A stretch of 64,000 nucleotides of DNA from Octopus bimaculoides (Eukaryota): assembly GCF_001194135.2 (NCBI RefSeq), contig NC_068991.1:35207411-35271410 (forward strand), written 5' to 3'. The notes beneath the pieces are model-generated. The model did no database searches. It was given only the letters and a program-made list of their open reading frames with translations, and had not been told where the DNA came from. Positions 1 to 12,190 of this stretch are shown here, one piece after another. Both the position numbers and the translations under genes were made by a program. Numbering within the stretch: position 1 is the stretch's first letter; each line of letters begins with the position of its first letter.

Positions 1-499
1 GTAGTATTCATCCATGAGAAATCAATACCACTGACTTCATAGCAATGTGAAATTAAGTTTGTGTCAACTTATATTAATACCTTCATAATGGCAATTTATT
101 TCAATATCAGTTTTAGAGGAAGGTAAGGCACTAGTCAGTATAATTAATCGCAGAAAATACCTTTATTAACTTCCAGATGGATAAAAGATGAAGTTGACCA
201 TGGCAGTATTTGAACTCGGAATGTATGCGGGAGGGGGAGGATTGAATATAGCAAGGTATTTTGTCTGGGGTTTTATCTACTTAACACTATAATCCCTTCT
301 GTATAATATTAATAGTAATGATACTACTACTACTACTAATAATAATAATAATACCACTGCTGACATAGATGAAACAACTATTCATAAAGCAAATGTAAAA
401 AAGGTTGTCTGAGTTTATCTATTGGTTGCTATACAGAACCAACATTATTCAAAATATTAATATAACTTAAATAGACTCTTATCAAATGTTTATACAATA

Positions 500-620
500 T
501 ACCTTTCTTGGAAATGGGTGAGGAGGGCTGGCAACAGGAAGGGCATCCAGTCATAGAATATCTGCCTTAACAAATGCCATCCAACTTGTGCAATTATGGA
601 AAAGTGTACATTAAAATGAT
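500..620 (+). repeat. Degenerate 3' tail of RTE-type LINE family
   Basis: Motif ggctggcaacaggaagggcatccagtcatagaa matches the tails at 6500-6660, 18250-18390 and 37200-37345. Confidence 0.55.
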
Positions 621-923
621 GATGACATATATTTATACAAACACATACATGCAGATCATCTCATCATGTGCTTGCATAGATCAAATAGAATCCTTGAGAC
701 AGTTTCTACAACCAAATGCCCATCCTGTTGCCAAACTTCACCTGTTTCTAAGGTAATATTTCACCATTGCCAGTCAAATTTTTCACAGAAGTCTGGAAAT
801 GAATAACATTGATTTGTATGATGATAATGCCTATTTACTATCATTACATGATGTTATGACAAGAGTACCCACTAACATACATGAATATATAAATATATAT
901 ATATTCACATGCACACACAAACA

Positions 924-1030
924 AGCTTCTTTCAGTTTCCATCTACCAAATCTATTTGCAAGGCTTTAGTTGGCCCTGGGCTATAGTGGAGGGTGCATGC
1001 CCAAGGTACTACATAGCCATGCTTGCACCT
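924..1030 (-). mobile_element. Fragment of CORE-like tRNA-derived SINE
   Basis: Reverse complement matches the body of the SINE at 7640-8005 (ggcaagtg...ctatagcc...gtggatttggtagatggaaactgaaagaagc). Confidence 0.7.
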
Positions 1031-2576
1031 ATATATAATCACACACACACGTAGCCTTCAACAGCCCTTTGCTCTGTGGTCTGATGATCTCTGCAGAAGT
1101 TAGGGGTAAAATGACTAGCTTGTGAAATCCACATAAGCCATGTACAGGGGTACTGTCAGTAAACTGAGTGTTAGCCACAAGTTCACCAGGGCTCAGTCTT
1201 CAGTCCCATCCTGTTCATCATCATCCTCCAGGCCATAACAGGTTGCTATTGGGAACTGTTATATGCTGATGACCTCATTCTCACAGCAGAATCTGTAATA
1301 GAACAAGAAAAAATTTCAGGTGTGGAAGCAAAGCTGCAATCAAAGGACTTTGAAGTTAATTTAACAAAGAGCAAAGTTCTAGTGAGCAGGAACACAGACA
1401 GGCCTCAACTCCCTTCAGGTAAACAGCCCTGCTCAATTCGTAGGAAAGGTGTAGGCTAGATTTCTATAGGGTGTACCCAGTACAGGCTATGAACTTGCAA
1501 GGTGCAGTGGAATTGCAGGAAAGTTAAAAAAACTGTTCATATGTGGAAGATGTGCATGAAAGACTCCTGAGAAATAGATTTTCTCAAATTCACAGGAAGT
1601 TCTCTGGAGGTAGTAGATAGAATCTGTTATTTAGTTGACCTAATTAACAGTTAATGAGGATGCTCTGAAAGTACAGTGACTAGAATACGAAAAAGAAAAA
1701 TCAAAGCTGTTACTGTTTGCAACAAAAAGTTTCCCCCTTTCAGAATAAAAGACAGATTGTCCGATACTTTTGTATGAGCAGTAATGCTACATGGTAGTTA
1801 GACATGGATGCTGAAGACATGCAGAGACTAGAGAGAAATCAAGTTTGTATGCTCAGATGTGCAATGTCAGTGTGTGTATACAATAGTACTAATGTTTTGA
1901 GAGGAAATATGGACATAAGAGGAATGTTGATGTAGTGTGCAAGAGAGAAGACTGCACCTGTTTGGTCATGTGATGCACATAGATGAGGAGAGCTGCATAA
2001 AAAGTGCCAGTCACTTAAAGTAGATGGAACTTGTGAATGAGGGAAACCCAGTGAGACGTGGTGAGGTAGTGATGGATGATCTCAAGATGCTGAGCCTCAC
2101 AGAGATGAGAAAGAATCAACATGAATGGCAATTTGCTGTGTTTGAGAAAACCTTCCATGAGGCCCTAAAAATATTGCTTAGGTTTGTACAGTGATGGACC
2201 CTGATCTGATACCCATTCTACTCATTCCCAACATCTTATCTTATCTACCCTCCCCTCCCCCAACTTCCATTCCTCCTTCATACATATTGCATCTCCTAAC
2301 TCCTTTCACTACCAGTTGCTGCCTCTGCTTCCACTTTTGTCCTACGTTTTCATTATCACTTTCTCCCTCACTTTGTTCAACAATCTCCTTTCTGTTTTTC
2401 CAATTATCTCCTCTGCCATACTCCATTTTAATACCTCTCTTGTATGGTACCATTCCAACTCTCTCGTATCTACTACCACTCCCTTTCTCTATAGCTACCC
2501 TTATGTACTCCTACATCTCCCTTCCCTCTGCTCTTATGCTATGCTCATCATCCCCTACTTCCTGATCTATCATTCC

Positions 2577-5500
2577 CAGTGTCGGATCTACCATAAAACT
2601 AATGAAACTTAAGCTTCAGGGACCCTAATCCAGGAGGATTCTGAAGCAACTTAATGGTTTCATTCTGTCAGTTTTTGTATTTTAGTATTTTGCCATGCAG
2701 TCTTAGTGGACATCATATCATACTCCTATGCAGAGTCTCGACACGCAGTATCTAGTCACAAGTTGTTCACCTGCTGTTTCTACCAGTGTGGAGTAGAATA
2801 AAAAATAAATGTACAGACAACTCGTAGATAATTTGCTTCACTTGAATTTATTTTGGAAACTTTGGCCCTGCCTCTCCCATTGTGAAATATGTCTACTACT
2901 ACATCAGCACAGTAGAGATAAGAATTCTTATTTTCACACCATTATTTAATGACCAATGAAAGGGTTTGCCTCCTAATTTTGGACTTACAAGCTGTTCAAT
3001 AGCAAAGCATTTTTTTCTACTTTAAAAATTGTTGGAATATCACATTGTACAAAATGAACACTTCTTCATTTATGACTATATATTAAGTTGTGGACCCCTA
3101 TCTTGATCAATCTCTGTCTCGCTGTGGTTAATGAAAATATTACCCCAATTTCTTCTTCACAGAGGTCTAGTCCCCAAGAAGAATAGCAATGTCTTCAAGA
3201 AAGTACTCAAGTGGATACCAGAAATGCCAACTCAAGGAAGAGAAATCTAACGAAATTTCTAAATGTCAAAAACTATCAAACTATTTTACAATAAGTAAAA
3301 GTTTGTCATCACCTGCAACTGAAACAAGCCATGCAAGCACCAGTGAAGTCAATGATAGTACACAAACCATGAGTGCTCTGTTTAGCAATAATCAACCTAC
3401 TGTTGACACTTTTGGTGCAGATGATGATCACAGTGGTCAAGAACTTCAAGAAAAGATGGAGCAGAAACAGGAAGCAAATTTAGTGATTTCAAAGATTACA
3501 GTGACCTGGCAAACTGGCCTGTAACAATTGATAATGATTTCATACAAAACTGTTTAATGCAAGACATCAGTTTTTTTTGTTTTTCTTTCAAAATAAAAAA
3601 ACCAGATAATGTATATACTGAATCCTACAAGATTTACAAACAGCAAGATCGAAGTTTCTCAAGCAAGTACTTTGAAAAAAGGATTAAAAAATGGTCAGAC
3701 TGTGATGAGATCCTAGTTAGTTTACTCAAAGAACAAACTCTTTTCTAAGTGCCAAATATCACTTACAACAGGTGGGTTTTCTGATTGGATGAATATACTC
3801 AGAACTCCAGAAAATCATGAAGATAGCAAGGAACATAACAGGGCGATGTTGAGCTGGCTAATACGAAAGTCAAATAAAAATACTGTGGATCAAAAACTTG
3901 AGGAACAGTTGAGAAAAAACCTGCAGAACTATTTTGAAGTACTAAAAAGAGTTGTAACAGTTAAGTTTTTAAGTGAAAGAGGTTTAGCATTTAGAGGTCA
4001 TGAGGAAAAGTGGGGCTCCACAAGCAATGGAAATTTCATGGACGCCATTGAGCTTATTGCGGAGTTTGACCCATTTTTACATAAAAATTTAGAGAAATGT
4101 ATAAATGAAAAAGTAAATATTACTTACCTATCCAAATCTGTGTCTGAAGAATTGATAGAAATCATGGGAAAACATGTGAAAGATGAAGCGGTGAATCAGA
4201 TCAACAACCTAAACATCAAATACTACTGTTATTGTTGACTCTACACCTAACATAACACATGTTGACCAGCTAGTAATTATGGTTCAATACTGTTATAATA
4301 GAAAACCCTATGAGAGATTTTTAGCATTTTTGCCAATAGAAAAACCACGACCTTGTTCAACAAAATAATTTCTGGGGGAGCATAAATATTCACTTGAAAA
4401 TATCCGTGGTCAGTTGTATGATAATGCTTCCAACATGAAGGGCTCGGATAAAGGGCTGCAAGCACTTCTTAAAAACATTAACAGGTATGCAGACTATGTA
4501 CCATGTGCAAGCCATTCACTCAACCTTGTTTGATAAAAGGCAGTGTCTCCTGTACCTGAAGTTATTGACTATTTTGGTATCTTGCAGCAGCTGTATGTTT
4601 TCTTTTCTGAATCTTCTCAAAGATGAGAGATTTTGAACACACAGGACAATCTAGCCTTTTCTCTAAAGAGCTTAAGTGTAACTAATTGGTCTGCACATTG
4701 TGAAACAGTTTGGGCAATTAAAAATGGATATAGGGATATTTTACAAACTCTCAAACATGCTTGAAGACTTAGAAGAGAAGCCTGAATGTAAGCGAGATGC
4801 AAATAATTTATACCACAAATTGGTAAAATTGGAATATGCTATTTTAACAGTCGTTTGGGAAGAAGTTAGGGAGTGTTTTAACAAAACAAGTAAGAAATTC
4901 CAAACTCCTGGTTCTGATGTATTTGAAGGTTACCTTCTGCTAGCATCTTTGTTTTCATTTGTTAAAGAACTACAAGAAAATCCAGCCAACAAGATTGCAC
5001 ACTATGCGACAGTAACAAAAGGTTTATCCGAATATATCATCTCAAATTATTCTGATATTTCCAACTGCATTGTTACAAAGAAATTTGCAGATGGAACAAG
5101 TGATAGGGCTTCCTTGGAAGAGGCTGAAAAATTTAGGATAGAAGTTCTAAATCAAGTCTATGACTGCTTGATAATCCAGTTAAGCAAGAGGATGGACCCA
5201 AATGAGCAGATTGCAAAAAGGTTCAAGTTTCTCTCAGGATTGATGAACAATTTAGAATTTGTTGAGAACAGTATCAAACTTATCATATTGCATTACAAAG
5301 ATGATATTGACCACAAATTAATAAATGAGTGTTATCAGTTCAAAGAGTATTTACACCTTAGGAAATCCTGGAACACAGAAGAAATCACACCATCTAAAAT
5401 GCAATGCACAGAAGTTCTTCAGTTTATTTATGAGCAACAATTAGTTGAAGTGTGACCTCTAATATTACCACTGCACATAAACTGTACTTGATGATGCCTA

Positions 5501-6052
5501 TCATGAGCTGTGAAGCAGAAAGGAGTTCCTCAAAGCTTTCCTTTGCAAAAAATAAATTTCAATCTACCATGACTGAAAAGTGCTTAAATTCCTTATGTAT
5601 ATTGTCTCTAGAAAAGGACATTGCAAGGAAGCTGTCATATGAAAAAACTGTTGCTACAAAAAGAGAAAAAAGACTATTTTGTAATTTTCGTATGTATATT
5701 AATGATGCATAGTGCATGAATATAACGCTTCCCTAATTTTCAACCCCCATAACTCTAAAAGTATAAGGCTTAGCCTGGAAAATATTTGTAGTGATCAGTC
5801 ATGGAACAACCACATCGACAAAAATATCAGTGATTACCCATACCTCGTTTCTGGTGGAAAGAGGGCTCATTTTCAGATTCATTTTTAAGGACTCCACTAT
5901 TTGGGCTATCAGGGTCTCAAGCTGGAGTTCCTTGCAAGGGCACGAAAATTCTGTGACTCTTGTTGGATGTTACCCTACTGTTGCTGGTTGTAAAGCCCCC
6001 ACCTCCATAATATTTTAAGCTTCAAGGCCCCAATATTGTAGATCTGCCACTG
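2577..6052 (+). mobile_element. Full-length degenerate hAT DNA transposon
   Basis: 15-bp TIRs CAGTGTCGGATCTAC (2577-2591) and GTAGATCTGCCACTG (6038-6052), 13/15 match. Perfect 8-bp TSD ATCATTCC at 2569-2576 and 6053-6060. Confidence 0.92.
3189..5712 (+). pseudogene. Disrupted hAT transposase (ZMYM1/DUF4371-like with C-terminal hAT dimerization domain)
   Basis: ORF pieces contain MSSRKYSSGYQK, FLSERGLAFRGHEE...GNF...ELIAEFDPFL, GQLYDNASNM, YVPCASHSL, and MPIMSCEAERSSSKL...LNSLCILSLEKD. Split over at least 6 frames. Confidence 0.88.
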
Positions 6053-6689
6053 ATCATTCCTGAGCCACTTCTATCTTTCCTTCCTTCCTACACAATCCCG
6101 ATACTTCCCAACCAGTCACACCTCCATTCCTGTTCGTCATTACATTAACTTCTACCCCCATCTCTTGTAACTCTTATAACTACATTCACCTTTAACCTCA
6201 TCCTCTAACTTCCCACCCCCTTCTTCCACTCTCTTAATCCACTCTCTTAATCCCCATCACTATCATCACTACACAATGCAGGTTAGCCATGTATCTTTAC
6301 TGTAGCAAGATATTTGAACTTGTCCTTCTATAATATTTTTACAACCCCTACCCACAACAAATACCCTGCATAAAGCCTCTTCTCTCTCCTCTCAAATACT
6401 CCCCCACCTCACTTTTCCTTTCTTTGTCTTTCTTGTCTTGCAAACTAGTTGGAAACCTTACTAGTGCTGGTGGCACAAAAAACATCCTGTACACACTGTA
6501 ATGTTGTTGATGTAAAGAAGGGCATCCAGTTATAGAAATCATACCAAAGCTGATATTGGGGCATATAACAACTTTGTGGCTTGATAGATCTTGCCAAACC
6601 ATCCAACCCATGCCAGTATGGTAAACAGATAGTAATTTGATGATGATAATGATGATGATCACACATATATTTAAAGAAAGATTTTCTTA

Positions 6690-7400
6690 AAAGTTATTAA
6701 CTTTTACAGAGTACAAAGAGACAGAAAACTAAGAGGAGGAGGTTTGGTATTTCAGGTCCAACAGCTGTTTCTGGGGGCTCAGAATTACATAATGTTGGCA
6801 AATGTAGTTTGCAAAAAGTCAAGAAAATGCAACCAGTCATGGATACATATAAACATTAGGTACATCTGGCTTCCATCTTCAGGGTGGAGAGAGATTAGTA
6901 CCTAACATTTCAAATCATAATGCAGGGGAATTTAAAAGTAGAAGAGGAAGGCCAACAGAGAGAGTAGGCAGATCAAGATGGGGTAGGGATGGGGATGCTG
7001 AAGTAAGGAAGGGCAAGAAGAGATAGGAAAGTCAGAGAAAGAAGGAGGGGATTGGTAGCATTGTAAAGGGTGGTTGAGGCTATAGAAACTGAGAAAGGGA
7101 AATTGGTACAATGAGAGAAAAGAGTGGCAAGCATTAAAATGGAATCTAGTTATAGATGCTGATAGAGTGGCAAAGGAGGAATTCGAAAAATCAAGGTGGA
7201 TTGGCAGCAGAGGGAGAGTACTGAAGTAGGCAGAAAGATATGAGGGTAAAACAGGGATGGATTGGTTGGTAGCAAAGGTAAGGGTTAGGTAGTGCTAAGT
7301 GGTTCTGATTGAAAAAGAAACTAGGAGATAAGGAAGGAATTCAAAGTATGAGGTGGTAAAGGAGGATATGCTGGGTAAGAGAAACATGCAAATGGAATCA

Positions 7401-7442
<42 letters not shown>

Positions 7443-7620
7443 GAAGGGTGGTATAACTCAACAGAGACTATATAAAGGTAAGACTAATTCTAATGCATCA
7501 CAATCTGATGATGGCTTAGCTTGCAAAAACTTCAAAGTCACTGTCAAGTGTAAGAATAATAAATTTGAACTCTATATAGAGTAACTCATCAGATTAATGT
7601 AACTGAGCAAAAAACAAACA
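6690..7620. mobile_element. Penelope-like terminal repeat / 3' UTR remnants
   Basis: Purine-rich tract (reverse complement of a pyrimidine-rich PLE UTR) with hammerhead-like remnants at ~6755-6790 (-), 7500-7544 (+) and ~7555-7600 (-). Confidence 0.4.
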
Positions 7621-7639
7621 TTAATATATATATATTAAT

Positions 7640-8005
7640 ATACAGGCATGGCTGTATGGTAAGAAGCTTGCTTCCCAACCACATGGTTTCCGGTTCAGTC
7701 CCACTGTGTGACACTTAGGGCAAGTGTCTGCTTCTATAGCCTCAGGCAGACAAAACCTTGTGAGTGGATTTGGCTGATAGAAACTGAAAGAAGCCCATCA
7801 TATATATGTGTGTCTTTGTTTGTCATCCATCACCGTTTGACAACCAGTGTTGATGTGTTTACATCCCTGTGACTTAGAAGTTCAGCAAAAGACTCTGATT
7901 GAATAAGCACTAGTCTGAAAAAATAACTCCTGAGCTTCATTTGTTTGACTAAAACCCCTCAAAGTGATGCTCCAGCATGACCACGCTCAAATGACTGAAA
8001 CAAGT
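7640..8005 (+). mobile_element. tRNA-derived CORE-like SINE
   Basis: A-box-like tggctgtatgg and B-box-like ggttcagtccc. Central cttagggcaagtgtc...ctatagcc resembles the CORE domain. Tail gctccagcatgaccac...gactgaaacaag. Confidence 0.75.
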
Positions 8006-8426
8006 ATATAATATTTAAATATATAAATTTAGAGAAAAGAACCACAATTCCTGAACCCATCCATGAGAATCCACAGTCACATATAGAAAAAAATTTAATA
8101 AGTAAATACACTAAAAGGAATTATAATAAAATACAAAGTAATAATTATTAAAATTATAAAATGACTACACGTGTTTCATAACTACATTTTCATTCACTTG
8201 ATATTTATTGTTAGTTGATATCCTATTTAACGTTAAGTTATTAGTATAACATTTAACATTTTAGTTTAAACCAAAACTTCGATTAGAATAGTGTTGCATT
8301 TATTTTCAATAATATTATTTAATGTTTCTCTTTGATTTATTGGTAAATAGTATAACGTTTAGAATTTTATTTTAAACTAAAAATTCGATAGGATAAGTTT
8401 TGCATTTGTTTTTAATAATTTTGTAT

Positions 8427-8492
8427 CTCAGCCAAAGCATTGTGTTAACAACAAACAAGATGAGGACAAATATCCATCAATTGTAAATAATG

Positions 8493-8500
<8 letters not shown>
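8427..8500 (+). repeat. 3' fragment of the tRNA/HHR Penelope terminal repeat family
   Basis: ttgtgttaacaacaaacaagatgaggacaaatatcc...tgtaaataatgtaaata nearly identical to 50904-50960. Confidence 0.8.
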
Positions 8501-8551
<51 letters not shown>

Positions 8552-9499
8552 TTCATTTTTGTATCTGATTTGCAAGATTCTTTATGTGAATTCGTATGCT
8601 GAAACAAATTTTGTTATGTCTAGGGAGACTCATTAAGCCAATATTATTAACACATACATTGGTTCAATTCCACTCCTTTATTATTAGCCAATTGATTAAA
8701 TATCCAACTAACTAGTCGATTGTTTGTTTAATTTGGTTAAATGTAAGTCATTTGTTTTGTTTTTGTTTGTCAAAGGTCTTTCGTTGCTACGTGCAACTTT
8801 TTCAATGACTTTCATCTTAGTCCATTACAGAGGCTGTGTTTGTCTGCTTAAGACCTTGTTATGTGCATGGGTATACATGCCAGTGTGTACTTGTACTTGC
8901 ATATGTATGTAAGTATGCATGTATGTATTCTTCTGTGTATTCATGTGTCTGTATGCATTTGTGTATGTATGTATGTATATGTGTGTTTTTGTGTGTACAT
9001 TTGCTTCCTTGTGTGTGTTGCTTGAGTGTGTCTATGCATATGAGTTTGTATGTGTATGCATGTGTGCCTTTATATGTCTGTATGTGTGTGAGTGTATGGT
9101 CATGTGTTTCTGTGTCTGTGTATGTGTATGTGTCAGTCCATACTACCTATGTACTACCTACCTATCTATCTACTTATTTATCTACCTACTTATCTACCTA
9201 CCTATTTGCTTGCCTATCTTATCACCTATCTTCCTACCTACATAATTAACTAACTAATAATTTATATATCTAACCTAACCACCTAAAACTTATCTACTTA
9301 CCTATCTAACTAACTACCTATTTACTTACTTGACTACCTACTTACAAATGTACCTATATATGTACACTGTGTGGGTGGTATTTTTGGCATTGAGGTATCT
9401 CTACCTTCTATATGTATTTCCTATTTAGTATGGGTAATGTTTCATTCATGAGGACATACTCTTGTATTTGTCTAAGTGGTGAGACTTTTGGATGTTTGG

Positions 9500-12190
9500 A
9501 CAAAATGTAGTTGTCAATCCATGATTTAGTTACCAATATCAGATTCCACAAGTACCATAACTCCTTTCAAACTAAGCTGAAATCTGATATTAGAAACTTT
9601 AGAAGCTCCAAAAAGAAGTTGTATTTTCTGATTAGACCAACAATCTGTATGAAGTTACTAATGATCTATATAATAAGTTGTTAAATGACACCATTTCCAC
9701 AAAATATAAGAACACTAACATAAACAGATACAATATTAATGATGAGGCTACATTCCTCACTAAACGTAGTAAAATCAATGATAGTTTAGAATGATTAGCA
9801 AAAAACGGAAGCTTTTATTACTTTAAATGATCATAAACCTACTTGTAGATTATTACACCCAGTGAGGACTGAAATTGGGCTAGTAGCTAAAAAATACCAA
9901 AAAACATTAATAATAAAATTAGAGTGACCATCTGGCTAGAACAATGGGATTATTGTTTTACTGTAATAGACTGGTTAAAGAACATTAAGAATAAGCATAG
10001 GCTTAGTATTACTCAGTTCAATATTATAAATTTTTATCCCTCCATATCAAAATCAGTGCTTGATAAAGCCATCGAGTTTGCTGAATCATGTTGATATAAA
10101 TCCTGTAGACCTAGACTCTATCATGCATGCAACAAAAGCAGTCCTGTTTAGTTAGGGCTCAGTGTAGTGAAAAAGTCCGATAATGATGAGTTGTTTGATG
10201 TATCAATGGGATCATACGACAGTGCTAACGTCTATGATCTTGAAGGTCTCTTTTGTATTGAACAGATTGAGCTCCTAGTACCCATCCCACAATGTTGGTC
10301 AATACTGAGATGATGGATTGGGTTTTTCCTATGGCTGTCACACCCTTGATAAATTTAGGAAACAGCTTACTTCTACCTTCAGTCAATTAGGCCTTAAAAT
10401 CACTGTTGCCACTAAAGTTGATCTTTTAGACGTTTCCCTAGACTTAAACTCCTCTTATAAACCTTACCAAAAGCTTGAGAAACTTTCCTGTATACACAAA
10501 CAGTTTTGTCAACATCCTTCCCCCATAATATTTAAAAACTTGATAGCTAACATTAGTAACAGAGTATCTAGCCTCTCTTCCTCTAAAGAAATTTTCAAGG
10601 CAGCCCCCTACTACAATGCCCTAGCCAATAGTGGCTTTAATGATGAATTAATATATAATCCCTCTAATAATAATACAAACAATAAAAATAGACCTAGAAG
10701 AATAATCCCCCCCCCCCCACTATCCATTTCCATTAACCCTCTTAGGACACCCAGGTCAATTGATCAGCCCAAGTGATACAAGCTGAAAGGACTTTGAGGA
10801 CGCTCCATTGAATCAATCGAACAAATGTTGTGAATGTTTGGTTTTGAAGTGTAATAGCTAATCAGAAGTTGTCTTTCAGTAGATATATCTCAATAGAAAA
10901 AAAATTTAGTTTTTTTTTTTGGTTACACATACCAAAAACACCATGTGTTAAAACCAACACAGGTGAAAGATTCCTGTCTTTCCTTAGACAAACATTTTCC
11001 AGAAAATCACAGGTACAGAAAAATATTCAACAATATTAAATTTTCATATAGCTGCTGCCCCAATAGGAAAAGCATCACATGCAAACACCACCAAGAGTCT
11101 ACCCCCAGTTGTAACTGTCAAAACCCAGGAATTGGTCCAATTGACAAGGAATGAATAATTAAATCCATCATATATGAGACAGAAGTTACAGCAACGCTAG
11201 ATGATAACATAACCGAAAATAAGAGATACAGGAGTGAAGGCCATTTCAGAAATCGCTATGCTAACCAAATATCTTCCTTCTAGCTCAGGGACAAAAGTAA
11301 GGCCACTAAGTTGACTAGCCACGTATGGGGTTTGAAGTCTAATGCCACACCACATACAATAAAGCAGAAAACAATCACAAAGTCCATATCATGTTATTTT
11401 TATTTATGCACCCTTTTCAAGCCTAGCCAGGCTCATGGGCCTGGTTTCTATGGCGTATGTGTTCTCTCCCAGCTGGACAGGACGCCAGTCCATCACAGCA
11501 TTACTCAAGAAACAGGAAGAAAGAGTGAGAGAAAGTTGTGGCGAAAGAGTACAACAGGGGTCGCCACCACCCCCTGCCAGAGCCTCATGGAGATTTAGGT
11601 GTTTTCGCTCAATAAACACACACAATGCCCAGTCTTGGAATCAAAACTGCGATCCTCCGACCACCAGTTCGCTGCCCTAACTTAACCACTGGACCATCGC
11701 GCCTCCACATATCATATGTCCACGGATCAAAAAATGTAAGCAGCATGTAACTGATAGAACACAGATCCTTTTCAGGTCTATGAACTCCACCGCACTGCTG
11801 AATTCCAGATCTGAAATTTTCAGTAGTTGTAAACATATGGATAAGTTTCTGTTGGTGAATTGGAAAATATAACCCTCTCTTAACTGAGCAGTTGTACTGC
11901 AGACTCTAGGCCACTATTCATTCAGCCTTATGACTTTATGGTCAAAGGGGACATAACTCTAATTCTCCCCTCCTTCTTTTTTCTGTTTTCTTTTCCGTTT
12001 TCCAGTTTTTCAACATTCCACCTTTTACATCTACTCCCTCTTCACCTTTTCTCCTTTTTTCTCTCATCCTATTGTCCAAATTTAGCTTGTTATGCCATGT
12101 GGGCATAGCCTAAGGATTACATGAAGACACTAGACATGTTAAAAAATGCTGTATGAGATGTTTGCATCAGATGAAACTATTAGTAGCTCA
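9500..12190 (+). mobile_element. Degenerate Penelope-like element (RT + GIY-YIG, MGSxD/YRDD type, possibly Nematis-like), interrupted by a SINE
   Basis: MGSYDSANVYDL at 10206. Y*DDG at 10303 (CGA>TGA). GIY-YIG region IIYETEV...RNRYANQ...TKLTSHVWGLK at 11160-11390. C-terminal LLNSRSEIFSSCKH at ~11790-11840. HHR-like remnant at 12107-12188. Confidence 0.8.
11395..11710 (-). mobile_element. tRNA-derived SINE inserted in the PLE endonuclease domain
   Basis: Minus-strand head ggaggcgcgatggtccagtggtt...gttttgattcc. First ~200 bp shared with 38131-38480. A-rich tail. Flanking atatcat duplication. Confidence 0.85.

Larger units (their letters stand above)
1080..6660 (+). mobile_element. 5'-truncated degenerate RTE-clade LINE (RT, C-terminal region, pyrimidine-rich 3' UTR, (GAT)n tail) interrupted by the hAT element at 2577-6052
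   Basis: RT motifs VHQGSVFSPILF (~1181) and WELLYADDL (~1250-1276). C-terminal motifs parallel those at 36308-36709 and 52800-53500. Pyrimidine-rich UTR lies on both sides of the hAT. Tail ends aagggcatccag...gatgatgataatgatgatgat at 6660. Many stops and frameshifts. Confidence 0.8.

Noticed and set aside
2191-2612. Hydrophobic Pro/Ser/Leu-rich ORFs (similar at 53583-54099)
   Set aside because: Translations of the pyrimidine-rich RTE 3' UTR
3189-5712. Host ZMYM1-like gene
   Set aside because: Multiple stops and frameshifts, and bounded by TIRs with an 8-bp TSD
8724-9249. ORFs rich in C/V/M/Y and LSTY repeats
   Set aside because: Translations of (TG)n and (CTAC/CTAT)n microsatellites
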